From: Vicugna vicugna
Taxonomy: Eukaryota
Reading direction: 5' to 3'
DNA length: 64,000 nucleotides
Assembly (NCBI GenBank): GCA_013265495.1
Contig: MU058198.1
Location: 6,525,779 to 6,589,778 of the forward strand
Part shown: one piece after another, positions 50,267 to 62,800 of the stretch
How positions within the stretch are numbered: the stretch's first letter is position 1
Layout: every line of letters begins with the position of its first letter
Position numbers and translations under genes: made by a program
Notes under the pieces: generated by a model
Seen by the model: the letters and a program-made list of their open reading frames with translations, nothing else
What the model was told of the DNA's origin: nothing
Databases searched by the model: none

Positions 50267-50294
50267 ACGCGCGCGCACGCGCGAGCGCGTGTGT
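50235..50294 (+). repeat. (GT)14 microsatellite followed by a CG-rich alternating purine-pyrimidine tract, in the SBK1 3'UTR
   Basis: (GT)14-GCGCACGCGCGCGCACGCGCGAGCGCGTGTGT read directly. Confidence 0.95.
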
Positions 50295-50708
50295 TTCTGT
50301 CCCACCCTGGGCTGGCCGGATCACCCCCGACCTCTGTCCCAGACCCCCCACACTGCCCCTGTCCTTCGGTGCTTCCCAGAGGCCCCTCTGAGCTGGCCTG
50401 TGGGGTGTGGGGAGCCCCAGGGCAGGAGGTAGGGCCACTAGTTAGCTAGAGGGTCTCCCACCAGGCCCCCTGAGCAGAGCCCCAAGACCACTGATGCACC
50501 CCAAGCCCATGCTGTGGCCAGTGGGACAGTCCTAGTGGCTGGTATCAGCATCCAAGCCTGGCTCAGGGCCTGGGTGGAATCCCAGTTCCAGACCCTCATG
50601 TATTGCCACTGTCCCCCGCCTTGTGTTTGTAAATACTCTGGCATCCTTTGGCCCTGAGAAGGTTTTTAAATGTGTTATTTACTTCTCTAATCATGACAAT
50701 TGCTATAA

Positions 50709-50714
50709 AATAAA
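50709..50714 (+). terminator. Polyadenylation signal AATAAA of SBK1
   Basis: Canonical hexamer with U-rich sequence and TGTA elements upstream and a GU-rich element downstream. Confidence 0.75.
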
Positions 50715-52401
50715 CACAAGTTTAGAAAAACTACCACTGGGTGGCTGTCTTGTCTCAGATACGGGGTAGAGAGGGAAACTGAAAACCTGACATGTTTTAA
50801 GTGGGGTCTGCAGAGTCCAAGGGCAGCTACCTCCGTGACCTCTCTGGCCTCAAGTAGGCCCAGGCCAGGGCTTGAGCATGAAGGGGACAAGGACCTGGGT
50901 TCTGAGGGAAGGGAAAGGGGACTGGAGTCCAGCTTCAGTGTGGAATCCTTCAGACTGGGCAGAAAATAGAGGCAGAAAGCCCAGAGGAACAGAGTAGGCG
51001 ATTCATCCAGCTGCTGCTCAGCAAATGTTTACTGAGCACATTCTGTTCACCTGGCTTCCTATCGGGGACTGGGGACACGCCAGTAAACAGGACAGATGGG
51101 GCACCTGTCCTCGGGCAGCCAGTGACCTAATGATGGAGCAGACATTACCCACATGGAAGGCTGGGTGCTGGGAAATTACATAACTGGGAAATGGATCGAG
51201 TTTGGAGGTGTCAGGAACTCCCCAAAGATGGAGACCAGAGGATTCTGAGTTGTCTGGGCATCCGGCACAGCAGGTGGGAAGAAGCTGATTGGGCCATGGC
51301 TCCAGACTCAGAGGCAACAGGCAAATGGTGGTTCTAAAGCAGGGGAACTGGGGCCGGCTGTAGGGAGTTTCGTGATTCAACATTCACCCAACAAATATTG
51401 ATTAATTACCTACTTGTGTCAACAGAACAATTCTGTTGGGTCCGTCTTCAGATACGGATCTACCCAGAGTCTGAGCACTCTCACCCCCAGCCTTGCTCCT
51501 GTCTGTTGGCCCTCACCGGTCTCCCAGCTTCCTCTCCTGAGCCTCTTCAGGCTCTTTTCAGTACAGAAGCCAGAGTGAGTCTTTTCATAAACAACACCTG
51601 TCCCTCTGTTGGAAACCCTATAACGGCGCCCCATTTCACCACAAATCAAAGCTGAAGTCATTATGGTGGCCTCCAAAGTCCCAACCCCATCCCCAGCTCC
51701 ACCCCTTGCTGCCTTCAGGCCTTGCCTTGGACTTTCCCAAATCTCCCTGGAGCCCTACCCCTAGCCACCGCCTCCTTCAGGTCCCTGCTCAAATGCCAAC
51801 AGATCAGAAACTGCTTCCTGGACAGATGCCCCCCACCCTGCTTCACTCACCACCACTCGCAACTCCAGGTACTTCTCCATCTCACGCCCTAGAAGGTAAG
51901 TTCCATTCAAGAGGAGAGTCAGTGTTTGGCAAACTGCTGCTCCTCTCCCCGCCCCCACCCCCATGCCTGGCACGTGAGAGGCACTGCATCACGGTCTGTC
52001 AAATTAACTAATGAATACCCAATTTTAGGGGCCCAGGATCCAGCAATAAAGAAGATAAACAATCCCTAGCCCTTGAAGCTTACTTTCTAAAGATGAAGAC
52101 ACACATTAAATAGGTCACATAATTATCAATGAAATTGGTGGTGGTGGGGGGTGGTAAAAGAGAAAGAGGGGGAATATAATAAGAGAAAAAAAAATCCAGA
52201 CTAGATCAGAGGGGGAAAGGCTCCTACCCAAGAATTTGATCAAAACCCTGCCATTTCAAGATGTCTGCTACTTGTCTGTAGTGATAAGGGCAGATACCTG
52301 GGGACAATAACCCCTTTACTTAACAGAACACTTCAGTGGAAATCTACCAAAGTACCAACATCCCCCTTTACAACTCGCAAGGCGTAAGAGAATACCAGGA
52401 C

Positions 52402-52420
52402 TGGCCACTAGGGGGCGTTA
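52402..52420 (+). promoter_or_regulatory. CTCF consensus site
   Basis: TGGCCACTAGGGGGCGTTA versus consensus TGGCCACCAGGGGGCGCTA; sits in a small CpG-retaining patch. Confidence 0.75.
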
Positions 52421-53211
52421 ATCTTCCGCTGTCATCGCTTCTGTCTGCCACTCAGCGTCGCAGTTGAACTCGCATCCTTTGGGGGTGATAAAACCATCAC
52501 CCCGCCAGGCCAAGGTGGTGTAACAAAGAGTTTACGTACGCACACATGTACAAGCGCGCAAACACACAATTTCACAGACCAGCCCAACCTGTAGAAGTCC
52601 CTTATGTCTGTCTATTTAGCCTGGGCCACCTCCTCTTGGTCATGGAGAATTCTTTCTGGAGAACAGTGAGTGTCTTTTTTGCCCACAGTCTTCAGTCTGG
52701 ACTAACTCAGTCCATCAGAAAGGATCCTATAACATTGAACTTCAGAAGAGAAGAGATTGTATTCTTGGTTCCTTTTCCCCCAAGATGCTTCTTGAGCATT
52801 ATGCAAAATTTCCCAGCTCCTCGCCAATAACAGCCAAGCATGCCAAGACAAGGAGTATTGGCAGGGCAACCTCACTGTTTCCATTATACTCTTCATGCAG
52901 GACAATGGATGCCTACTCACTTACATCACTGTGAAGGACTAAGAGTCCTCGGACAGCATCTCTGTCTCAAAAATGTAAAGCCCCATCCACCCACCTAGTG
53001 CCCGGTTCAGGGTGGAAATGTGGACGTAAGAAAAGTAAATCAGAGGTATTTACCAGCAATTGAGGGGAGGAGAATATTCATCACTCAGTGCTGGGTTAAT
53101 GGAGCTTTGGAGCAATGGAGGAATTCAGGGGGTTCCTTTTGGAGCCAAAGAAGAGCAGAAAGAGGATGGTGGCTTCAGAGATCAAGAGCTTATGGGGCAG
53201 CCAAGAAATAG

Positions 53212-53435
53212 GCTGTATAATTAACGTACTGTATTGTATACTTTAATTTTGCTAAGAAAGTATATCTTGTGTTCTCCCCACACAAAAGAATTCTAACTAT
53301 GTGAGATGATGGATGTATTAATTAGCTTGACGGTGGTGATCATTTCATAATATACACATATATCAAAATATCACGTTGTATGCTTTAAATATATGCAATT
53401 TTTATCTCTCAATTATACCTCAATAAAACTAAGAA
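53212..53435 (+). mobile_element. L1 3'UTR end (L1MA-like)
   Basis: AACTATGTGAGATGATGGATGTATTAATTAGCTTG...TCAATTATACCTCAATAAA. Confidence 0.8.
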
Positions 53436-53587
53436 TGAAAGAAGTAGAAGACTGGGCATGGTCTAACTCATGAGACAGTGAGCCCCAACTTGAGAATCCT
53501 CAGAGAGATCGTGGAGGGGCCTGGCTATCATTAGTATGTGGCAAGGGGCTCAAGTCAATTAATTTTGATATTAAAGGAAAATGGAGG

Positions 53588-54253
53588 CAGGGCACGACCT
53601 CTGGGAGAGCTGGAGCTGCCGGTGGGGAACAGGTCAGATTCAGAGCTCAGCAAGGAAGTGGGACCGGGCTTGGCATACGAGGTCGTGAAGATAGGTACTG
53701 GTTTTATATTAGGACTTCTTTTCTCACTTACCTTCTTTAAAAGAAGAATGTGGCCACTAGCCTTTGGTTCTGGAATGGCATTAAGAATGGCCTGCTCCAT
53801 TCTGTCAGCATGATTTCCAGGTTCTGTATCTTCTACAGATGGAAAAGATGTCAAAGAGCAGGAGCAGTGACTCACACCTGAGAACATCCCACTGGGAGGG
53901 AAGGAGAAATCCTGTTTATTCCTCAGGAATACTGAAGTGCCCTGGAGTAAGCAGACATTCTTCTGTAATGATGTTATCAGTAATGCTTTAAACTACAGCA
54001 CGCTGTTTATGTATTTGAAACCAAGTTTGTTTCTTGTTTTGTATTTTTCTCTCTGGAAATTGCAAGGAAGTGGTCTTAAAAGAAATAAACAAAACGGGGG
54101 GAGTGTACAGCCAAGTGGTAGAGCTCATGTTTAGCATGCCTGAGGTCCTGAGTTCAACCCCCAGTATTTCCACTTTTTGAAAATAAATAAACCTAATTAC
54201 CTCCCCTCAAGAAAAGAAAAAAGAAATAAACAAAAATAGGAAAAAAAAATCCC
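53588..54253 (+). pseudogene. MICOS10: Processed MICOS10 (MINOS1/MIC10) pseudogene; decayed CDS 53631-53870
   Basis: Intronless. Translates S-D-SEL...VVKIGTGFILGLLFSLTFFKRRMWPLAFGSGM..., then frameshifted CQHDFQ and GKDVKEQEQ-TGA, matching MIC10. The start ATG is mutated to AGG (53631). AATAAA at 54084, A-tail at 54241-54249, TSD AAAGGAAAATGGAGG at 53573-53587 and 54254-54268. Confidence 0.93.
54095..54218 (+). mobile_element. tRNA-derived SINE nested in the MICOS10 retrocopy
   Basis: SINE head and tail; 17-bp TSD AAAAGAAATAAACAAAA at 54078-54094 and 54219-54235. Confidence 0.9.
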
Positions 54254-55169
54254 AAAGGAAAATGGAGGGTTATTGCAGAAGGTGGAGAATTGGGGTTATA
54301 TTTAATTACAGTTGTGAACAGGACCATGGAACACTAAGAATAATTGAAGATGTAGTGGACATCTGCTATTTCCTGTTCAGCACCCCAAGTTACCCTTCCA
54401 TATTCTTTCCCCATGTGGTTCCAATGGGGCTGGCTCCATGGGGATGATCATGTGACCCAGGTCGGGTCAAGTGGCATATTCCAATCCCTGATCTAAAAAA
54501 CAGAAAACCCAATGCAGACTGCTTGATCTGAAACTGATTTGAAAAAGTAAAGTCCAGAAGTAGAACCAGCTTCAGGTGCAGCTTAACGCAGAGGCTTCAA
54601 CTTCAGCGCCAGGATGGATTTCTCTCTCCATCTGCTCTGCTTCCTCTGGGTAGACGTATTCCTGGATTTCTTCCTTTCTCCTTGTGATGTAGGATGGTTG
54701 CCAGTCGCCCCAATTTGCATCATCTCAGAGTGAAGCCGAAAAGAGGGAGAAAGAGTGAGGAAGTGAGCCTTGCCCTCTCCACCCAAAGCAGACCTGACAT
54801 CCTGCAGCCATTCTCTATCCGGGGTCCTCAGGTCCCTGAACTCCTCCCAGTCTCAGAAGATGGTCCAACTTTCTCTGTCTTCATCTGCTTGCCCTCCCGC
54901 AGCTGGAAAAAAACAATCTGAAGTGACTTCCCTTCAGTGATCTGGAAGGTGCAATGCTGGCTTATGATGAGAAAAGAGAATTTCTTTCTTAACAGTTCAT
55001 CCACGGTGTCTGTTGTGGTCTTGACCTCCGGACCCAGCCATGGAGCTCCATGAGAATCCTGGACTCAGGGGGTCTCAGAGCTCTGCTGGCTGAGGCCAGA
55101 AGTTTGTCACAGCAGCTCTTAACCTGGCTGTTCATTAGCGTCACTATCATCAGGGTCTTGTTCTTTTTT

Positions 55170-56012
55170 TTTTTTTTAAATAGTTAAGGATAGAGGAACA
55201 AGGTAAGTGACACCATGAGGAAAGAATCGGGCAAATCCAGAGTGTGGGGTATTTACAAGACAACTGGTCTCTTCAAAAAGTAAACATTGCAGGGGAGGGT
55301 GTAGCTCAGTGGTAGAGCACGTGCTTAGCATGCACACGGTCCTGGGTTCATTCCCAGTACCTCCATTAAAAAATAATTTAAAAAAATTTTTTTAAGTAAA
55401 CATTATGGGAGGAAGAAGAATTAGGCTGTTCTATCAGTGCTTCTCAAATTTGTGCATGAATAAGAGCCACCTGTCTGATTAAAACACAGATTCCAGGGCT
55501 CCATCCCTAGAGTTTTGAGACAAGAGGTCCAGAGTGGGGCCAGAGAAGCTGCATTTCTTCTAATAGGTTCCAGGTGCTCTGAAGCTGCTGGTCCCAAACC
55601 TCCCTGTGAGTAACTGTTCTTAGACTACTGGAGACTGAAAGAGGCAACAACCAACTGCAATGTACAAACCTTACTGGATCTCGACGTAGAAATTAAACCT
55701 CTAGAAAACTCATTTTGGGAATAACTGGGTTCATTTGAATGTGGACTCAAATTAGACGATATTAGAGAATAACTGTTAATTTTCTTGGGTATGATGATGG
55801 CCTGGGGCTACGGAGGAAGATATCCATATTTTTAGCAGATTCATGCTGAAGTATTTAGGGATTAAGTGTCATGATGTCTACAGCTCTCAAATGTTTTTGC
55901 AAAATACACACACATGGTCCAAGCAATACAGCAATTATTGGTAACTACTGAATTAGCTGATTGATCATTCTTTCCGCTCTTCTAATGTTGGAACATTTCA
56001 AAAATAAAAAGC
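55170..56012 (+). mobile_element. Old L1 3' region (L1MC-like) interrupted by a SINE and a MER5A-like element (55436-55616)
   Basis: L1M 3'UTR motifs; MER5-like end CAGTGCTTCTCAAA at 55436. Confidence 0.6.
55289..55393 (+). mobile_element. tRNA-derived SINE
   Basis: GGGGAGGGTGTAGCTCAGTGGTAGAGCACGTGCTTAGCATG; TSD AAGTAAACATT at 55278-55288 and 55394-55404. Confidence 0.9.
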
Positions 56013-59000
56013 TGGGGAGAAGTTGGGGGGCAGAGCAGACTGGTGTGGCTGCAGCATAACTGAATAGGGGCTGCTCTCGTCAGGCCCTTTGGGTTGTTTA
56101 AGGACCTTGGATTCTATCCTGAGTGCATGAGGAAGCCCTGGAAGATTTTAAGCAGGGTGTGACATGATCTGATTTTTTTTTTAATTCATAGCTTTAAAAA
56201 AAGATGTTTTCCTTTTAAGGCTTGGCAAAATGGATGACATAGAAAAAGGTTCATGGACAAGCACAGGAGAATTGCCAATGTCTGCACCAGGAAAGCATAA
56301 TTATCAAAGTATAAACCAGAAGCTGGCTCATGTGTTGATCACTCTGAATAAACCTAGATTCTTTGGTTCCCAAAAGCTATGTGAAAACAAAAACTCATAA
56401 TCACGTTCAGATAATAATAATAACACAGCTGCACAGCCGCTGAGGCACCAGCCAGACCAATTAAATCAGATTCCTGGCACCAGGATTTATTCAAAGAACC
56501 CCAGATGATTCTTACTTACAGTCCGACAGAGCCTGCAGTCCTGGGTGATGAGTGCTAGCCTGTGACAGCTCAGCTCCCAGAGTCCCTGAGAACAAGGCCA
56601 ACCCTTGGTGCGCATAGAAACACTAAACTGCAAGGACCCGTCGTTGCACCCTGGACCTCTCCCAAGGACAGACCAAGGAGGGCCAAGGCCAAGAAAACCT
56701 ACCCTCTGAGATTTTAAGACCTCTCACTTTTTCTTCTCATCTTCACTTAATTAACTTACCTAATTATAATGATCCATGTACATTATAAAGAATTAAAATA
56801 ATGTATAAGAGTATAAAAAAGAAAGTAAAGTCACCTAGAATTCAACTACCCCGAAACAGCTTCCATTTTGCTTGGTGACCACCTTTCAGGTATTCCTTTA
56901 AGAGGCTAGATGCACAAACACATAGAGATGTACGTTGTTGGCAGGGTCATAGCACTGTTTACCACGGGCAGTCTTCACTCCTCTCTGGGCTTACCTCCCA
57001 CCCTGTCTCTCCCCTCTCCATCCCTTCCCAGGTAACCAAAGCCAACAATGCAGTGTGTCGCTTCCTGTACCTCCTCCATCTTATATAACCACGAGGCACA
57101 TATATACATAGAAAGGAGACTGCTTTTTTTTTTTCTTTTTACAAATCCACATTCCACACTTCTCTCTGTTTTGCTTTCTGTTTTGCTTTCTTCACTTAAG
57201 AACCCTGATGGAATCCCTCAGCTGGGCAGCTGGGATGGTTCTACCAAATTCATTCTGTCTCCCAACCCCATAGTGATTCAAGGGGTGGATCCTTCATTCA
57301 ACCATCTCGCCTTGGGTGGACATTCACTTTGTTTCCAGTTTTTGCTGCCACAATCCCTGCTGCAATAGCCATCCTTTAAAAAGTTATTGGTGCAGAAAAA
57401 ATTTGAAGGATAATGGCTGAAAACTTTCTAAATTTGATGAAAAAGATGAATCTGTCCATCCAAGAATCTTAGAGAACTTCACAAAGACACATAAACCCAG
57501 AGCTGAGCCATTTAGTGAATTAAGATTACCTTTCCTTTCTGTACTTTTTGTTTTCCTGGTGTTAGTAATATTTTTCATTTGCTTAAAAAAAATCTAGGAA
57601 CATATTCATCCAACTGCAACTCTCCACCTGTTGTTTAAATTGTTTCTCAAGATGATCAGTTAGATTCAGTGGTTTACAAATTTAATCTTCTTAAAGAAAA
57701 TCTCCGCTGGAGCCCCCTGCCCTGCTCCCATGTGAACCGACTGCTCTCTAGATCTGTTGCTGTGTCTTTCTGGGGTCTGTCTGGTTTCATCATTGCCCCA
57801 AGGAGTCCCTTCCCCTCTTGTCTGTGTTGGAGCTCTTATTCCTGCAGTGAATTATGTTTCTCTTTCTTGATTTCCTCTCTTGTTTTAGTGGAGCATATTC
57901 TTCTGAAGTCACCCATAAGCATTCATAAGAAGTAAAATTTTTCAGACCTTGCAAAAAATCTTGCAAACATTTGTATGGGATATTGCCAGATTGCTTTCTA
58001 AAAGGGCTGTTAACAGTTTGCATTTCCACCAGCAATATACAAGAGTAGGTTCCCCCATCTCTCAAACCCCACCAATTCTTTTTTTTTTTTTTTTGCCTAC
58101 CTGCTGGGATAAAGTGCCTTTAACTTGCCTTTTCCTGCTTGCTACTGAGGTTGATCATCTCCAGTTGATTTATTTGTCATTTGTATTTGCTCCTCTGTGA
58201 ATTGTCTCTTTGTACCCTTTGCCATTTTTCTTTGGGGCTGTTTTGGTTGTTTTTTGGGGTTTTTTTTTTTGTTTTTTTGTTTTTCTGTTTTTTTGCCATC
58301 AGTCTGCAAGTATTGTCTTCGCAGAACAGACCTGGATCATTCATCTGCCATATTTGCAAATACAAATCCTCCTTTACCTATGCTTACAGTATCTTCCTAT
58401 AGTTTTTCCTCTAATTTTAACATAGATTCATCTAAAAGATTTTTGGTAGCCTCTTGGCTTCTTTTCTTGGTTTAATTTTTTTTCTTCCCAAACCGTAGAT
58501 CATAAGTCTAGTTTCCTATGCTTTCTTCTAAGACTTTTATTAAGCCTTTAATTCATCTGTAATTTACTTTTGCTTATGGTAGTGATCCAATTTTACTTCC
58601 TTATTTCTTCCAAATAGTCAGTTGTGCTGTCACCTATTGCTAAATAAACTACCCGCTTCTGATTGATTTGCAATTCCACTGTTGTTATGATTTAAATTCC
58701 TGTAGGTAATGGGATCTATTTTTGGGGTGTCTACTTAGTTGCCCTGGTGCAGATTTTTGACATTTTCCACGTGAATGCGTATATCAAAGTTCATTATATT
58801 AAGTTATCTAATTTTTAAAAGGCCCCATCAGTATTTCAATGGGAATTGCATGTAAGGACATTCATGTTTTCTCTGATGTTTTAAGTCATCCCATTTTCTG
58901 ATGCTAACTCTTTCTCTTTGTCCTTCAACACATGTTTTTTCTTCACTAAGGTCCTGCATTTTCTCTCTTGAATTTATCCCCTAATAATATAAATGAGAAT

Positions 59001-59220
59001 GAAATATTTTCCTTTTTATATTTCTACCAATGATTTCTTACAATATCGAGTTATCTCTTCTCCAATAATGAGCATTTTGTTTTTTAAATCCTGGTATATT
59101 TGATAGACCCTCCAAAATACTGTTTTGTTTTGATTCTAAGGGAAATGGCTTTAGTATTTAGAATGATGTTTGCTGTTAGGTTTCGGCAGAGAACTTTTAT
59201 CATACTTAAGCAATTTATTC

Positions 59221-59346
59221 CCTTTTTTTGTTTTTTGTGAGGAGAGATAATTAGGCTTATTTATTATTTTTTTTAATGGCGATACTAGGGATTGAACACA
59301 GGACCTCATGCATGCTAAGCACATACTCTACCACTGAGCTATACCC
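59221..59346 (-). mobile_element. tRNA-derived SINE
   Basis: Reverse-complement head; TSD ATTTATTC at 59213-59220 and 59347-59354. Confidence 0.85.
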
Positions 59347-59668
59347 ATTTATTCTCATTTTTTTAGTAGTTGTGTGGGAAAAGCTATTGAATTTTTTCAA
59401 CATCAATTGATATGATCACGTGGTTACTCTTTTAGTGTGGTGTAAAGAATTATGTTGATCAATTACTTGATATTCCCTGTCTTGCATTCCCAAAAGAAAG
59501 CTCTATTTGCTCAAAGTATGTTATTCTTTTTAAATACAATTGTATTTTACTTGTTAACATTTTATTTGGAATGCTTACATCCAAATCAGAGAGAGAATGG
59601 TCTGCAATTTATTGGCTTGTGGTTTTTTGTTGTTATAACTTGTTCGCTGTTTCACTCTAGCAGATTTT

Positions 59669-59807
59669 GGAGAGGGGAGGGAGGTAATTAGTTTTTTTGT
59701 TTGTTTGTTTGTTTTTTATTTTTTAGAGGAGGTACTGGGGATTGAACGCAGGACCTTGTGCATGCAAAGCATGTGTTCTACCAGTTTGAGCTATACCGCC
59801 CCCCTAT
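59669..59807 (-). mobile_element. tRNA-derived SINE
   Basis: Reverse-complement head; TSD CAGATTTT at 59661-59668 and 59808-59815. Confidence 0.85.
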
Positions 59808-62800
59808 CAGATTTTTATATTAAGGTCACGCTGCCTTCAAAACATAAATTGGAGAGTTTCTATCTTTTCAGTGACCTAGAATAGTTTAAGTTACTTTGGA
59901 ATTACCTTTATTTTTATCAGTTTAAACTATCTGAAGATTAGCTAAATTTGTCTTTGAAATTGTCACGGCCAGTGCCTTTATAAACAATTATATATACACA
60001 TATAAAAGGTGATGTAACATAAAATATAAGTTAGGAGACAGAGAACAAAGACCCAAGAGCCAAGTTATAGTACCTTTATAGATTACACATCTGTGTCACC
60101 AAGGTTCACCTGGGCAGCTTTTCAGGGTTGGTTTCTCAGCTGTAAGTAGCTTTGTGTGAGGTTTCAATAAGATAAAAGCTGTGCAGTGTCTGCAAATATT
60201 CCACAAACGTGCCTCTTCCTTGTCCCCTCCCCCTCCCCCTAACAGAAGGCTGCACTTTGTTGTGTGAGCAACGGGGAGCCACTGCAGGTCTTTGAGGTGG
60301 GGAGTTACCACAATCGGATAAAGCGCTATAGGCAGGGTTTAGTACTGGCTGGTGGGTTTAATTAGTCTGAGGTTACAGGTGAGGAAACTGAGGCACAGAG
60401 AGGGGAATTTCCTTGCCCAGGTTCACATGGCGACAAAGTAACGGTGCTAGAATCCGAACACGGGTCTCTCTAACTCCAGGCCCCACAGTCACAGGTTCTA
60501 TCCACCCAACCCCAGAATCTGGGAGAAACCCCAAACCCTCCATAGCCCACAGTGCCACCAGCTTCTCGGGAGGGACAGGCGTCACCCACCTTGTGCCCTG
60601 GCACCTTCTGTACCTGCCCCCGCATGAGTCACTCGCCCGAGCCAGAGTGAAAGAAGCCACCGCCTGGAGGAGTTCTCTGTGTGAGTGCATTTCGGGTTCT
60701 GTCTTAGTCACCACTTCTCTTGGTTCCCACCCCTCCCCCGACTGCCGGGAGCCTCTGTATCCCCAGCCAGAGCTGCCAGTGCCACCCCCCGTGGGTGGGG
60801 CTGGCGAGGCCGGGTCCTGAGATGTGGGCAGGGTGCCTGGGGGACACCTATAACCATTACTGTCCTCCCTCAACTAAGGGAAAGCAGTGACCCTGCCAGG
60901 CAAACACAGCCTCAGTCCTAATAACAGCTGACGCTTCTGGAGTGCTGACTTCAGCCAGACCCTGCTCAAAGCCCTTTGCATCGAAGAAGACATTTAATCC
61001 TCCTAAAAGCCCATGAAGTACTATTGTCCCTATTTTATGGATGAAGCAACTGAGGCTCAGAGAGGGGAAGTGACTTGCCCAAAGTCACAGAGCCAGCAAT
61101 GGACAGAGCAGGGAACCCAACCCAGGCACTCTGTGGCCCGAGTCCATGCACAGACTCACTGCATGATCCTGCCTCTCTGGCCTGCTGCTTTCCTCTGGGC
61201 CTCCCCTCCACAAGCAGCATCTAGCACCAGCACTGCCCAAGGGCCCTGGGTCCCTGCCCTGGACCTCGACCTGCCCTTGGAGCTCAGCCCAGCCAGAGCC
61301 CCTGAGAATGGGTGTATGGCTCCCCCAGGCTGCCAGGCAGGTCAGCCTCCAGGACTTTGTAGGTAGTTTCCTTTGCTTGGAACACCCTCTTCCTTCTCTC
61401 CACTGGACCAATACCCTCTCTGGTACCATTCAGTGGCAGTGCACCTTCTCTGGGAAGCCCTCTGGGATATGTTCCCATAGAACCTTAAACTTCCCCTAGT
61501 GAGTCTCAAATGTGTCGCTTGCTTGCTGTGACCTTGGCAAATTACTGACTCTCTCTAAGCCTCAGTTTATTCATCTATAAAATGGGTCCAACGATATCTC
61601 CAAGGGTTGTTGCAAAGATGAAGAGATAAGCTGGGCAACACGCTTATGACAGGACCTGGCCCACGGTGGATGCTCCTTAAATGAGCTTGTTTTATAGCAT
61701 TGCTTTGTGTACACTGGGTTATAATTGTGTGGGTCGCTCTCTCCGACTGGACTGAGTGCCCTGCAAGGGAAGAAACGGTGTCCTGTTTCCATGCCTGTCC
61801 CAGAGCCCAGCACAGGGCCTGCCCTGGAGGACATCTCAATACATGTTTGATTTATTTGAATGAACGACAGAGGGTCCAGGTCCCTGAAGGTGAATGGTGA
61901 CTCAGGGTTGGTGCCCAGCACAGCACTCACCGAATGGCAGGCCAGGCTGAGCCTGGATTGGGGGAAGGGGAGCTGCCTCTTCCTGGACGCATGATCTTGT
62001 GCAAGTCACTTCAATTAACCTTTCTGCAAGTCAGTGCCTTCGTTGGCCAAGTGGGGATAACAGTAGTCCTACCTCTAGGGGCTCTTATGAGGATTAACCA
62101 AATGGCTATTTATAAAGCACTTAAGGCAGGGCTGGCCACAGGAATGCTGCATGATAGTTGTTGAAACACAAATAAGCAGCTGCACCCCCTTCAAGTTTCC
62201 ACATTTGGCCAGCTCTCACTCCCTGCCCCGGCCACCTCAAGGTCTGGGTCACAAGGAGCTCACTTCCCCGGCCACCTCCTCCGCCATGCCATGCCCTGGT
62301 TATGCCATGACCCTTAAGGCCCTGCTCCCAGCAGAGCCTCTGGTCCCAGCTTCCGGGGCTGGGTGTCCAGCTCCACACCAGATACTCTGTGCAGGAGAAA
62401 ATCCCCAGAATCCAGGAGCAGAAGAAAATGGTAGAACCTTGCTTTCCAAACTGAATTTTGTTGACTTGACTCCCCCTCCCCACCCCCCACCGCCTCTGAC
62501 AACATCATCGAGACATGTTCAGGGAAATCCAGTCCGAACTGGTGATTTTTAGTCACATTGAAGACTCTGAGTTCCAGCCATTTTATGACAGTGGTCACGA
62601 GATTCTTCCCCCATCAGCTGCCTCTGGGCTGGGCCAGGGGCCCAAGGCCACATGGCCGGTGAGGGGCGGGTAGGAGCCCCCTGAAGCTACTGGGCATCAG
62701 GGGGAAACAACCAGTTGGACTGAGCTGAGGCCTGGCTGGTACTTCTGTCCCACCCCCTCCCACCTGCCCCAGTTGGGAGGAAGAGCAGGAGCGCTGTGGT

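Larger units (their letters stand above)
47995..50735 (+). other. SBK1: SBK1 3'UTR (3' end approximate)
   Basis: Runs from the stop codon through repeat-poor sequence to AATAAA at 50709-50714, with GT-rich sequence downstream (~50738-50755). Confidence 0.75.
57900..59960 (-). mobile_element. Old degenerate L1 (antisense) carrying two SINE insertions
   Basis: Long T-rich stretch with L1M reverse-strand motifs (ATATTGCCAGATTGCTTTC, TTCCACCAGCAATATACAAGAG, GATGTTTGCTGTTAGG). Confidence 0.7.

Noticed and set aside
56205..56400. Acceptor-like TTTTCCTTTTAAG followed by a 56-aa ORF with strong Kozak (ATG 56230, TAA 56398-56400)
   Set aside because: No recognisable homology, no partner exon or promoter, and it is embedded among repeats; could be chance. 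BLASTx and RNA-seq would settle it.
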